Shown piece after piece: positions 38,711 to 51,698 of a DNA stretch of 64,000 nt (the stretch's first letter is position 1; every line of letters begins with the position of its first letter). The notes beneath the pieces are model-generated. The model was not told the origin of the DNA and searched no databases. It was given only the letters and a program-made list of their open reading frames with translations. The position numbers and the translations under genes were made by a program. This DNA comes from Mobula birostris (taxonomy: Eukaryota), in the NCBI RefSeq assembly GCF_030028105.1, contig NC_092382.1, positions 34,752,246-34,816,245 on the forward strand. Reading direction: 5' to 3'.

Positions 38711-40261
38711 ACGGACAGAAGGTGAAAAAAAATCATTCAGCCAAGTCACGCACTGCCCATTCTTCCAGGTCACAGATTGTCTAATCCAGCCCTAGTCTAA
38801 AATTAAAGCCATGCTCGATTGTCGTAGATCGGACCACCACATCCTCGCCAATCCTGTTCAAAAATATACTGTGGTTCCAGAGCTACCTAATGCCATGACC
38901 GGGCTGCCGGTAACCCGAGGCCGGGTGACTCAGTCTCATTCGGCTGGGCCAGATCCAAAACGAAAACCATGATTTCACTGTGTGGGGCAGAAGGCCCGAT
39001 GGGCTGAATGGCCTTATTCTGCTCCTGTGTCTTAGGGGTTGGAAATGCTAGATGTGGTGATAAATTGGCTTCGACATCGGTTTTGCAGCAGAAGCCAGCA
39101 AATGCCAAGTCCGTGCGTATAGTTAAGGTGGAAGTTGATCGTTCCCTGATCAGTCTGGGCATTATGGGATCTAGAGAGAAGGCAGGTGCATGGGGTTGAG
39201 TGGAATCCGCGATCATCCATGATGGAATAGCGGAGCGGACTCGATGGGCTGAATGGTCTAATGCTGCTCCTCTGTCTTGTGGTCTGAGGTTCAGGGGCTT
39301 GCAAATGCTGGATGTGGTGAACGGGAGAAGCCAGCAAATGCTAAAAGATGGTTTGACCCTCTGACTGGAGACCAGTGAGGAGTGGGATGCCGCAGGGATC
39401 GGTGCTGGGTCCGTTGTTGCTTATCATCTGTGTCAGCGGCCTGGATGATAGAATTACTGCAATGTTCGGCTTTGACTCGGCGACAGGTAATTTACATGTG
39501 TTATGGTCCGTTCGAATTAAATGGATTTACGTTAACTGTCGTCAGAGCTTTTCTTGTGAACATACCACGCAGAAATTGGCCACTCAGCCCATCGAACTTT
39601 CTGACCCACACAGTGAAATCATGGTTTTCGTTTTGCAAGACCACCTGCCGCTTTCTGTAACTGTCTCCCCACCCCCGACTGTTTTCTATGTATCGAGCCC
39701 TCAAGCAAAATCAAATTATCTATTGAGGGAGTTGTTCCTTCTTGTTTATCCCGTAATATTATATCTGAATGGTTATTATGGTTTGTCCTATCTGAAATAA
39801 TGTATTGATTATCATAGAAGATGGAATACAGTGTAGGGAACTGTATAGTCAGGCACTTTGGGAAAAGAAATAAAAGTGGCAGATATAATACAGTGTAGGG
39901 ACTGTGGGTCTGCAGTTAGGTACTCGGGTTCCCTCAGCATAATGTTGCACAAACATTATTCGTAAAACACTCTGATACAATATGGGTTGCATTTTGTTGC
40001 AGACAAAAATGCCATGTTGGAACTACAAGTAAAGTATATTCCCTCAGTGGTAGAGAAACGCTCAAACACCCCTCGCCATCTGTGAAAACTCTTCCGAGCC
40101 CTAAAGCACTCCCTATTTCTATAAACCCTTCCGACCCCCACAGCACTCGCCATCTCTGCAAAACCCTCCACCATCCACCCTGGTGCATTCAGGCGACAGC
40201 TGACTCGAGAAAGACACTGGCCGTGGCGGATGGCAGGGCTCATAAAACACCCTCACGCTTT

Positions 40262-41465
40262 TTGTTTATAAACCTACCGATTTGCTTGGATATCTTGACT
40301 AACCCTCCTTGCATCTTGCCTCCTGTGAAAAAAGCTATTTCTTTTCCTCAGTTCCTTCATCTCCGCCACATTCGTTGCCAGGATGAGGTTTTCCTTTCCA
40401 GATCGTCAGAGTTGTCCTGCTTCTTCAAAGAATACAGTTTCCCTTCCACCACCATTGATGCCGATCTCACACCCAATTGCTCCATTTCCCGAAAATTCAC
40501 CTTCACTCCATATCCCAGTCACCTCCACAACTTCTCTTGTCTCCAACAATCAAGCTCATCTTTTACTGAACCCCACCCCAACTCCCTGCTTTCCACAGGG
40601 ATTTCCTTGTCCACTCGTCTCCCCCCACTGATCTATTTCCTGGAACGTAACCTTGCAAAGCCAGAGAAGTGCTACACGTTCCTACTTACCTCCTCCCTCG
40701 GCTCGATTCAGCCTTCCAGGTCAGGCAGCACATCACCTGCGGGTCTGTCGGGTTCATCTACCGTATCCGGCACTTCCAGTGCGACCTTCTGCACCTCAGC
40801 GAGACCCGATGTAGATTGGAAAACCTCCTTGTCAAGCACATTCGTTCCGACTGCAATAAAACGTATTTCCCGGTGGCCAGTCCACTCTCGCTTCCCATTC
40901 CAACATGCCGGATCATTGTTAGACTGACGCGATGACAGCACTCCCAGGTTGGAAGAGCAGCACCTCATAACACATCTGTGTAGCTTCCAACCTGACAGCA
41001 TGAACATCGGTATCTTTAACTTCTACTCCACATTTTTTTCCACCCACACCCCACCCTCTCGGTTCTGTCTCCCCTCTTACCTCCTCTCTTGCCCATTGCC
41101 GATCAGCTCGCTCTGGTGCCTCTTTTCCATCCTTTTCTCCCATGGTCGGCTCTCATCTCCTCTCAGATTTCTTATTTTCAGCCCTTTGCCTATTCTGCCT
41201 ACCACCTCACTCCTTCTCACTTCACCTCCCCCCTCCCCGCCCACTCACCTTCGCTCTTACCTGGCTTCACCAATCACCTGCCTGCTTTTAATCCTTCTCC
41301 TCCACCCAACATCTTATTCCGCATACCCCACCCCTTCCATTTCCGAGGAAGAGTCTTAGCAAGAAATTTCTGCTATGCTTCCCCCCCCCCCCACTCTCTA
41401 GAAGCTATCTGACCTCCTGAGTTCCTCCAACATTTTGTGTATGTTACTCTGCATCTCCAGCATCT
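40262..41465 (+). mobile_element. Penelope-like element remnant
   Basis: KKAISFPQFLHLRHIRCQDEVF; FQVRQHITCGSVGFIYRI...SETRCRL (GIY-YIG); EEQHLITHLCSFQPDSMNI. Confidence 0.8.
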
Positions 41466-41722
41466 CATTGGGTCAGAGTGCAGAGACGACAGCGGTTCTC
41501 ACTAATGTCGAGGAGGCCATACGGGGAGAACAGAAAACAGCAGATGACCCCGTCTGGCACGAAGCTGAAGAGTTGCCTCACAGAGAAGGACTGTTTGGGA
41601 CCCTGACTAGCGTAAAGAGAGTAGTTTGGGGCAGGTTTAGTATTTCAGCCACTTGCGAGGTTGGCTTCCAGCTCCCTCCACCCCTCCGTATGTCTGTAAA
41701 CATGTCCCTATTATGGACAACA

Positions 41723-41736
41723 CTGCCACCTGGTGG
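41723..41736 (-). promoter_or_regulatory. Candidate CTCF site
   Basis: Reverse complement CCACCAGGTGGCAG matches the CTCF core consensus; motif evidence only. Confidence 0.45.
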
Positions 41737-42100
41737 TGATTTGCCACAATAACAGGCCCTGGTGATTTCTTCATTCTTCTGCAAAAGGCTAAGGTAACAA
41801 ATGAGTTGCATTTTTTGCCGATTTGGTCTTGAATGTCCCCAGAACCTGTTCCGTTTTCTCAGACCGAAATGGGTCTGGCGGTGACGAGCGCGGGAATATG
41901 GTGGAAACTGAAAATAAATGGTAGGATGAGCTGAAGAATCGGTAGGAGTGGAGTCGCGGGGTACGGTTTTCCTGGGCTGTGTTTTTCTCGGGCTCGAAAC
42001 CAGATTTACCCTCCCCGCTGCCACGTTCTACAATAATCATTGGTTCTGTAGAGTCAAGATCGAAAACATTGCGACGGCCTCCGAGAAGAGCTTAGATATG

Positions 42101-42999
42101 TTATTTGTTAGTTAGTTGAATAATTGACGTGAGCGGATATTTCGCTGCGCTGATGAACTGCTCTCTGAACTTGAACTGAGTTACCCCATAAATAAACGTG
42201 TGTGTGCAGCAACTTAATATCATCAGCATGTCTCCGGTGTGTTGAAACATGTATTCAGAATCGTTGTAATTATTTTGATCCAGTCCGGCAATGGTGTTAT
42301 AAAGGAATTCGGCAACACTCACCGACCACAGGATGACGAAGCTTCCGGAGATGGTGAGAAGTAAGATCACAGACCTCCTCCTACTCCCCATCTCCGGGTC
42401 ACTGCGGTTCTCCGCCTTGCTCTGACCCCTCAGCCCCTTACGGACACGACTAGTCACTAAAATGTGTCTGACTGTCAGAGCGTTGAACAGTATTAACACG
42501 AACGGGAGTAATGCGCGTTAGGACGGGAGAAAGCCGGTCATATCCCACCCACCCGGGATCTGTATAGTAGCCCGGTATTTCAATACAGTCCCAGGGTGTA
42601 TTGTCAATCACTTTCACAGGACGATATATAAAGACGAAGGGCACATTGTTAAAACAGAGCAGAACGCCGGTTGTTGTCAGAACCACAGGCGCAGTTTTCC
42701 CGGTGCAATATTTTATTTTCCACTTCTGGCAACAAATAGCGACAAACCGGTCAAATGTAAAAGTGACGGTGAACCAGACAGAACTTTCTGTTGCTGCCTC
42801 TCCCAGGGCAGAGATCACACTGCACACGGGGTGATGTCCAGGAAAGTCCCGGGGAAGTAATAGTAACCGACCCGCCACAATATCACCGCAAACACGATGG
42901 TCAGTCGATCCGCCGCTGCCGTGGCCACCAGGTAGCGAGTGCTGCGGGTGGAGAGGCCGCACTTTCCCCGGGACAGGATCACCATCGCCACTAAATTCA
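42101..42999 (-). pseudogene. GPR139-like class A GPCR main exon with two frameshifts
   Basis: cccAG| VNLVAMVILSRGKCGLS...SVWFTVTFTFDRFVAIC...PFVLILFNALTVRHIL...RRRSVILLLTISGSF...FIYGVTQFKFRE*; -1 nt at ~42830 and +1 nt at ~42515. Confidence 0.85.
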
Positions 43000-43879
43000 C
43001 TGGGAAGCAACAGAGAGAGCGAGTGAGTTACTGTCTGTCCGCTGCGTGGGGCAGCTGATTCCCGGAGGTTTAAAACGCGGAAGGCGGCGATCACCGGCGC
43101 CTCAAAGGTGCCGATGCCGGGAGAAACGTTCCGGTCCGGGGCGCTGACTGCACGGAGAGCAGGGTTCGGGAAGGAGGCCGGGAACGCTTCGGAAAATCAG
43201 TGTAAATCTCTGTCCATCAGGTTTCTGACTGATATGCAAAGCCGAGAAAGCCTTGGCAACTTTCTCAGCGACAATGATTCCCGCGATCCGGTCACATCTG
43301 TTCACACTGTCCGGTCCCGCTCAGCCCTGCTGTCTCCGACTTTGTCCACGGACAATTTCCAAAGCTCGTTGCGGATTTACTTCCCCCGTTCGCAGGCATC
43401 GATCTCCTCCTCGGCTTCCGCCCACACGGGCCCGGCTCGGCTCGCTTATTTTAAATTCTGCAACTACTCTTCGCCGCGGCTCCTTCACACTCTGTCAGGG
43501 GATCGGATCAGAAAGTGTCCATGTTGGTTTCATTTAATATTCTCTCTGACCGGAATTACTGCGGCGTTACTTTAAATGCTCCGGTGCTGATGGTCCCGGA
43601 GCGGAGTGTCGCCTGTAACTTACCCCGTCTGACCTGTATCGGACCCCGCTGTGTCGGCTCTGAACTCCCGCTTCACTCCATCGATATCAGGACGTGGAAA
43701 CAAACCCCGGGAAACAAAAACCCGCAGACACCCTCATTTAATTTATCCAAACTCCCGAAACTCTCAGGATCTAATATACAGTTGGTGTCATTTTCACGAT
43801 ATAAATGTGCATTTTTTTGTCAATAACAGACTGGGGAATGTTGACTTGGTCCCTGAGCCAAACTGTTGACACAGTTTGG

Positions 43880-44540
43880 GAACAACTGGGCTCCGAGCAC
43901 CGGTCCCTACAACACCGACTGGGACAACCTGCAGGCCCAAGAAGGGTCTTGTTATTCCAGTGGCCACACATTTTCATTCCACGTCCCATTCCCATTCTGA
44001 TATGTATGAAGCCATACTCAGGTTGCAGGAACAACACCTTATATTCCGTCTGGGTAGCCTCCAACCCTATGGCATGTATATTGACCCCTCTAATTTACGT
44101 TCATGCTCCTCTTCCCTTTCATACCCCATCCCTTATTTATTTTTAAAATATATTTGTTATTTTCCCCCATTGTTCTCTCTCTCTTTTTTCTCCCTCTGTC
44201 TCTCTCACTATAACTCCTTGCCTGCCCTCCACCCTTCGGGCTCTCCCCCCCCCCCCCGCTTCTCTCTCCTCAGGCTTCCCGTCCCCTGATCCTCTCCCTT
44301 CTCCAGCCTCGTATCCCTTTTGCCAATCAACTTTCCAGCTCTTTGATCCACCCCTCCCCTCCTGTCTTCTCCTGTCATTTCGGAACTCCCCCTCTCCCTC
44401 CAATTTCAAATTTCTTACTATCTCTTCTTTCAGTTAGTTCTGACGAAGGGTCTCGACCCGAAACGAGACTATACCTCTTCCTAGAGATGCTGCCTGTCCT
44501 GCTGCGTTCCACTAGCATTTGTATGTGTGTTTCTTGTTCC
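43880..44540 (+). mobile_element. Penelope-derived non-autonomous element with hammerhead-type terminus
   Basis: PVATHFHSTSHSHSD...LQEQHLIFRLGSLQPYGM; pyrimidine tract; CTGACGA-stem-GAAA at 44440-44463. Confidence 0.8.
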
Positions 44541-44599
44541 TCCGAAATGTTTTCAGCTGTGAAATTGTTTTTTTATCAGAAATAACCATGGAGACTAAA

Positions 44600-45130
44600 A
44601 TTTTCTAAGTTGAAATGTTGTCCTTCACTCGCTGACGTGCGTTGTAAACTTTTAACAGTGTAGAAAAGTCAAAGGATTTGAGTATGGGAACCACAAACAC
44701 TACAGCCCGTTAGTTCCGCTGTATCTGTCAGTTCACCAGCGCTTGAATGCCGCCGATCCTTGAATGTGGAGGCGGAGATGCTGGAGAAGACAGCGCCCCA
44801 CTCGCTACAAGGAGAGTCCGATCACGTGTCCATGTCCGTGATCTGATTGGATACATTGCCATGACGTTGATAGCAGTGTGATGTCATTCACTGGCTCTCA
44901 TTTTGGAAGGGATTCAGTCGGCCATCGCAGATACACCAACAGCTTCGCACTGGGAAGCGGCCGTTCACCTGCTCCGTGTGTGCGAAGAGAGTCATTCAGT
45001 TAACCCACCTTGTGATGCTCCGGTGAGTTCACAATAAATAGAGGCCACATTTCTGTCCGGAGTGAGCAAAGAGTTTTACTAAACCACCCCGGCTGCTGCA
45101 ACACCAGCAACTTCACATCAGGGAGGAAAT
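44600..45130 (+). pseudogene. Decayed C2H2 zinc-finger exon (third paralog)
   Basis: Shares the pre-acceptor motif tgaaatgttgtccttca with both ZNF genes; degenerate [14 protein letters not shown]...HLVML units with stops. Confidence 0.7.
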
Positions 45131-45869
45131 TTTGCCCTGGGAAAAGCCTCTGGCTATCCACACAACCAATGCCTCTCATCATCTTGTACACCTGCATGAA
45201 TTCCCTGCATGATTGTCTCCAGGCTGAATAAGACAATGAGTTCACTGTGGTTTTCACGTTCTTCAGGGCTCCGGACTAAGGCGGTTAAACTCCTCCTTCC
45301 CTGCTCTTTTCAACTTTTGGTGTCATTTTCACTAATTTCAAAGGACTGTGCCTCAGACAGTTGGGTTGTTGCAATGCACTGCTAAAGTCTGACAGCAGAC
45401 TAAAGAGTGAATCTTCGATGGAGCAGAGTCAGAAACCAAAGAGTTACCAGCCTGAGTCAGGACTTTGGGGCTCCAGGAAGAGATGGGAACTAGACTTTAC
45501 AAGGAGGAGGAGGAAGAGGAATCAGATCAGCAGGATGCGGCTAAAATGAAAGATCAGAAACATTTGGAAACTGGTTGATCGGAAAAATGTGGTTAATTTC
45601 TGCAAAATACTGGTGGAAATCAACAGATCAGGCAGTCAATGCGGAGAAGAATAAATGGGCAGCGTTCAGGCCGAGCCCCTTCAGCATGCATTGACTGTGT
45701 ACTCCTCTGCTTAGTTGCTGCCTGAACTGCAGAGTTCCTCCAGCATTTTATGTGTATGTGTCCACATCTCCAGCAACAGCAGAATCTCTTGTGTTTTATA
45801 TCTGCATTTGTAAGAACGTTCTACTTTGGCATTAAACACGCGGAAAGTTTGCTGATATTAATTGTATTT

Positions 45870-46300
45870 TTTTAAGGGAGTGCTTTCTTCGTTAAAAGAG
45901 GTGCTGAGTTTTCTACACACAAAAAAAAAACTGGGGTTTGTACTTGAGCCGGTGCTTGCAGAAACTTTCAACGGCACCGTGATTAACTTGAAAGCTCAGC
46001 GTAACAACTTTCGCTGTCGCTGAAGCACCGATCGAATGCGCAGGCGTCAGGGTTTCGGGAAGTCCCGAATATCACGCATGCGCAGTACACAAAAGGCCTC
46101 GGATATCGCTGCTGGTGAGTGTATCTCCGTGAGACCGTTTTCACCACCGACTGAGGGGCAATTGCTGTGAATCCGGACACTATGACCCCGCGATCCCGGA
46201 ACAGTCCTGTTCTCTTCCCTCTCTCAGCCCCACGATCCCTACCCTGACCCCACGGAGCTTCCGGCTGATGAGGGAATGGGAGCCGATGGATCTCTCAGAC
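45870..46300 (+). promoter_or_regulatory. CpG-rich promoter/first non-coding exon of ZNF copy 2
   Basis: Paralogous to 1700-2150; cgcatgcgca (NRF1-like) at ~46075; donor G|GTGAGT at 46115. Confidence 0.55.
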
Positions 46301-46739
46301 AGAGCTGAGCTCCAGCCATCAAAGGGTTAGGAACTCGGAGAAAGGGAACAAAATCTTTTACATCGCCAGTTCTGATAATCACCTTTATTTTACCTCCAAT
46401 CACAAACAAGAGACATTCTGCAGATGCTGGAAATCCAAGCAACACACACAAAATGCCGGAATTCTGCATTAGTACACTTTTCCACAGATGCTGCCTGGCC
46501 TGCTGAGTTCCTCCAGCATTTTGTGTGTGTTGCTTGTTCTACCTCCTCTTGTTCTGGACCTTTCTACCCGTGAGGACATGTTTTGACCTATTCACTCTGT
46601 GAAGATAATGATATCAAACACCTTTGCCCTGGGCAACAAATAGCTTTCACATCACAAATGTGCCAGACTCCAATGAGACAGACTACTGCGCCTCCCTTTA
46701 TATTCATTGGCATTACCATCAATGAGTTCACCTCATTTG

Positions 46740-47150
46740 GGGGAGGGTTCAGGGGAAATATTTATGTACAATACAGAAACTGGTGTTACCTGTGTGTATT
46801 GCAGTGATGCAAAAGTTGCTGGACAATTTGCAAGTGGGAAGAAGTGTAGTGATATGTGGAAATCTGACTTCTTGAAGTGTATTTTAGCAAGAAAACCACA
46901 TATGGACAATGTGCAAAAGCTCTGGTGAGAAAATCCTTCATTACCCATTACAGGCCTGCTGCATAGGTTGTGTGAGAGTGCAGATGAACTCGATCAAACC
47001 CAGAGGAGATCAAAGTTCCTATCGACAGTGATTTCCTAGCTGCTAAAATGAATACCTCTCTGTATAAAATTCACTGTGCACATGTTGTCACTGGGTGAAA
47101 AATGCACAGTACAAGATTTATGTGCACACTGGTTGTTACAAATTACAGGT
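46740..47150 (+). mobile_element. Decayed hAT-like transposase fragment (duplicate of 2590-2940)
   Basis: GEIFMYNTETGVTCVYCSDAKVAGQFASGKKCSDMWKSDFLKCILARKPH. Confidence 0.45.
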
Positions 47151-47647
47151 GACATTGGTGGGAAAGTGGGGAGACCTCCAGTGTCCCTGATGCCTTCACC
47201 TACAAGATGTGCATCCAGCTACAGCTTGTAACCCTTCACTCTAAGGAGTTGGAGCTGGAAATCAATGAATTTGGATCATCCGGGAGTTTGGGGGGCTGGG
47301 TGATACCTATGACATGAAAAGAGGTGATTTTCACCCAAGGTACAGGACACAGGAAACTGGGTGAGCATCAGGAAGTGGAATGAGTTTAAATAGCCATCGC
47401 AGAGTACTCTTGTGGTCATCCCCCACAACAAGAGGTGGACCACTTTAGAAACTGTTGGGGGGATTACCTGGCAGAGGAAAGTCAAAGGGGTGAGAGGGGA
47501 TTTGTTAGTTAGGGGAACAGAACAAGAGCGGACTAATATCCTAGTGGTAAGGCTTGCTAGTGCTAGTGTGGGGGGAGGGGTGATGTGGTTAACATAAGTT
47601 GTAGGGGGAAAGGGAGCCAGAATGACAGAACAAATATTGGAGAGGGT

Positions 47648-48380
47648 GAATTAAACTGAATTGACTTTATTACATACATCCTTCATATACATGAGGAGTA
47701 GAAATCTTTATGTTATGTCTCTGTCTCAATGTGCAATGTGTAATTTATAATAGATAGTTTGTACATAAGACAGTCAATATAACAGAGAAATCAATTAATT
47801 AGTCTGATGGCCTGGTGGAAGATGATATTCTGGAGCCTGTTGGTCTTTTTGCTGTGGTACCTTTTCCTGAATGTTAGCAGCAGGAACAGTTTGTGGTTGT
47901 GTGATTCAGGTCCCCAATATCCTTTGGGCCCTTTTTACGCACCTGTCTCTGTAAATGTCCTGAATAGAGGGATGTTCACATCTACAGATGCGCTGGGCTG
48001 TCCACGCTGCTCTCTGCAGGTTCCTGCGAATAAGGGAAGTACAGTTCCCATACCAGGCAGTGATGCAGCCAGTCAGGATGCTCTCAATTGTGTCCGTGTA
48101 GAATGTTCTTGGGATTTGGGGCTCCACCACAAATTTCTTCATCCATCTGAGGTGAAAGAGGTGCTGTTGTGCTTTTTTCACAACACAGCCAGTATGTACA
48201 GACCATGTGAGATCCTTGGTGATGTTTATGCCAAGGAACTTAAAGCTGTTCACCCTCTCAACCACTGATCCATTGATGTCAATCGGGGTTAGCCTGTCTC
48301 CATTCCTCCTGTTGTCCACAATCAGCTCCTTTGTTTTTGTGACAATCAGGGAGAGTTTATTTTCTTGACGCCAGTCAGAT
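47648..48380 (-). mobile_element. Rex1/Babar-type LINE 3' fragment (duplicate of 3866-4590)
   Basis: VERVNSFKFLGINITKDLTWSVHT...KAQQHLFHLR...ESILTGCITAWYGNC. Confidence 0.85.
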
Positions 48381-49409
48381 GTTGTTCAGACCTCACATAG
48401 AGTGAGCAATCAAATGTTCGAGCATGGTGCGATGAATGTGCAGAGCTGTGTATATCACAATGCATGAAGCATTGTACGAAATCCAGAGGAGCACAGGACA
48501 GGGATTTCTGATATTGTAGCCATTATTGGGACTTGGTTGCATGCAACAGTCTGAGGGATTTAGAGGAACAAATTTGTAGAGAGATCGCAGACCATGCCAA
48601 GAAACGAAGGTTGAGTCAGTAAGTGATTTTAACTTTACATATATTGACTGGGACTCCCATACTGTCAAAGGACTAGATGGGGTAGAGTTTGTCAAATGTG
48701 CCCTTAGTCAGTATGTAGAATTCCTGATGTAGAAGTGTGCAATGAGCTGTTAGGAAATGATCCAGGGCTGGTGACAGAAGTTAGTGATCATAATGCCATG
48801 AAATTCAAAGTAAAGATAAAAAAAATAAAGGTCTGGACCATGGGTTGAGGTTCTAAATTGCAGAAAGGTCAATCTTGATCGTATCAGAAAGGATCTGACA
48901 AGTGTGGTTTGGGACAGGCTGTTTTCTGGCAAAGGAGTACTTGGTAAGTGGGAGGCCTTCAGAAGTGAAATTTTGAGGGTGTAGAGTTTGTATGAGCCTG
49001 CCAAAATAAAAGTTGAAAGGTAACTGGTGCAGGGAACCTTGGTTTTCAAGAGATATTGAGGCTCGGGATATTTTGTTCCTCAAAATGCCTCAGACTGTTG
49101 GGTGCTACCAAAACTCATTAATCAATATCATAATTCCATGCCCTGAGCCCATCTGACTTTTCTTTAGTCATCTGCTGTAGGTTTCTAAAAGCTTCCCAAT
49201 AGTTTTTGCTCTATATTTTGCCCTCACTTTGGCTTTTCCGTTGGGTTCGGCATCTCATTTCAGCCACGGTTGTGCCCTCCTGCCTTTCCAATGCTTCTTT
49301 TGGATGTATCGATCACTCAGCTCCTGAATTGCTCCCAGAAATTCCAGCCATTGCTGCTCCGTTGTCACTCCTACCTCTACCCTTCCAAACAAGTTTGGCC
49401 AGCTTCTCT

Positions 49410-50010
49410 GTCATAGAAACATGGAGAAGTTCTGTTCGGAAACAGGCTATTTGGCCCATTTAGTCAATGCCAAAAAAACATTTAAGTTGTCTAATGCAGC
49501 TACCTGCACCGGGACCTTTGCCCTCCATACCCCTACCATCCAGACCCCCATCTGAACTTCTTTGAAATGGTGAAGCTGACCTCATATTCACCAATTGAGC
49601 TGACATCTCATTCCACACACTCACGACCATTTCAGCGAAGAGCTTTTCCACATGTTCCTGTTAAATTTTCACCTTCCCCACTTCCCCACAACTTCTGGTT
49701 GTCATCCCACCGACCTCATTGGAAAAGGTTGCTTGCATTTACCCTATCTATACCCTCATAATTGTGTATACTTCTAACGAATCCTCGAAGCAATGTATAA
49801 TTTCCTTGTTTATGTTCAGAGCCTTATTCAGATGTATAAGATGATGAGGGGCATTGTTTATGTGGATAGCCAGAGTTTTATTCCCAGGGCTGAAATGGCT
49901 AACACGAGGGGCAATAGTTTTAAGGTGCTTGGAGATAGATACCGAGGGGCTGTCAGGTGTAGGTTTTTTACACAGAGAGTGGTGGTAGCGTGGAATGCAC
50001 TGCTGGCTAT
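49410..50010. mobile_element. Two oppositely oriented CR1 3' fragments
   Basis: Minus-strand VVSVWNEMS and plus-strand MYKMMRGI...FFTQRVVVAWNAL. Confidence 0.7.
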
Positions 50011-50689
50011 TTGTGTGAGAGGGTTTCAGTTACTGTGGGGCCAGGTCACAGATTGGAGATGGCAGAAATTCCCCATTCATATAGAGACAGAAAGAGCATC
50101 AGAGAATTTGATGATCATTCCAGGTACCAGCACTGTGCCCAGTTAGATGATGATCTCTCCTTCCAACTTGGGTTGAACTTCACTGTAACAGTGTGATGCC
50201 AGGTCACACCTTGACAACTGAAGTGATCTCATCTGAAATGTCGTCCTTCACCCATTGATGGATTTTGTAAATCTATTTACAGGTTAAAACTGACAAGGAA
50301 TTTGTCTACGGGAATGTTGAACACAACACACCAGATTTGTTGTCTCTGTCCAGATATTTAAGAAGTGGAGCAAGGGATTCTCTCGATCATCCTTCCTGCT
50401 CAGACTGTGGGGAGGGATTCACTCGCTCACCTGACCGACTGGCACGCTCGTCATTTTACACGGGTGAGGTCCCACTCATCTGCTCAGACAGTGGGAATGG
50501 ATTCACTCAGTCATTTCAACTGAAGGTACATCAGCAAGTTCACACTGGGCAAGGCCATTCACCTGTTCTGTGTGTGAGAAGGGATTCAGTTGGTCTTCCC
50601 ACCTGTGGACACACCAGTCAGTTCTCACTGGGCAGAGGCTGGTCATCTGCTGAATTTGTGGTGAAGGATTCACTCGGTCATCTGACCTA

Positions 50690-51643
50690 ATGGCTCACAA
50701 GCGAGTTCACACCGGGGAGGGACCGTTCACCTGCTCGGACTGTGGGAAGGGATTCACTTGCTCATCTAAACTGAAGGTACATCAGTCAGTTCACAGTGGA
50801 GAGAGGCCGTTCGCCTGCTCAGACTGTGGGAAGGGATTCACTCGGTCGTCTCAACTGAAGATACATCAAAGAGTTCACACTGTAGAGAGGCCATTCACCT
50901 GCTCAGTCTGTGGGAAGGCATTTGCTCGGTCATGTCAACTGAAGGCACATCAGAGAGTTCACACTGGAGAGAGGCCATTTACCTGCTCAGACTGTGGGAA
51001 AAGATTCACTCAGTCATCCACCCTAATATCTCACCAGCGAGTTCACACTGGGGAGCGGCTGTTCACCTGTTCGGACTGTGGGAAAGGATTCACTTCATCA
51101 TATCAACTGAAGGTACATCAGCGAGTTCACACTGGGGAGAGACCGTTCATCTGCTCAGAGTGTGGGAAAGGATTCAGTCAGTCATCCAACCTACAAGCAC
51201 ACTGGTCAGTTCACACAGGGGAGAGGCCATTCACCTGCTCAGTGTGTGGGAAGAGATTCACTCGGTCATCTAAACTGAAGGTACATCAGCGAGTTCACAC
51301 TGGAGAGAGGCCATTCACCTGCTCAGACTGTGGGAAGGGATTCATTCAGTCATCCACCCTAATGGCGCACCAGCGAGTTCACACCGGGGAGTGGCCGTTC
51401 ACCTGCATGGAATGTGGGAAGGGATTCACTTCATCATCTCAACTGAAGGAACATCAGCGAGTTCACACTGGGGAGAAGCCATTCACTTGCTCAGAGTGTG
51501 GGAAAGGATTCACTCAGTCATCCCACCTACAAGCACACCAGTCAGTTCACACTGGGGAGAGGCCGTTCACCTGCTCAGACTGTGGGAAGAGATTTACTTG
51601 GTCATCTCAACTGCAGAGACACCAGCAAGTTCACACTGGGTAG
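50690..51643 (+). CDS. KRAB-less tandem C2H2 zinc-finger protein, copy 2 (11 intact fingers)
   Basis: 317-aa ORF of canonical CxxC-x12-HxxxH units with TGERP linkers; acceptor tacAG| at 50281-50282. Confidence 0.88.
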   Translation: MAHKRVHTGEGPFTCSDCGKGFTCSSKLKVHQSVHSGERPFACSDCGKGFTRSSQLKIHQRVHTVERPFTCSVCGKAFARSCQLKAHQRVHTGERPFTCSDCGKRFTQSSTLISHQRVHTGERLFTCSDCGKGFTSSYQLKVHQRVHTGERPFICSECGKGFSQSSNLQAHWSVHTGERPFTCSVCGKRFTRSSKLKVHQRVHTGERPFTCSDCGKGFIQSSTLMAHQRVHTGEWPFTCMECGKGFTSSSQLKEHQRVHTGEKPFTCSECGKGFTQSSHLQAHQSVHTGERPFTCSDCGKRFTWSSQLQRHQQVHTG

Positions 51644-51698
51644 AGGCCGTTCCCCTGCTGTGAATGTGGGAAAGGATTCACTCAGTCATCTAACCTTG

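Noticed and set aside
43100-43700. CpG-rich ORFs as GPCR exon 1 or a separate gene
   Set aside because: No TM1-like peptide or domain in any frame read.
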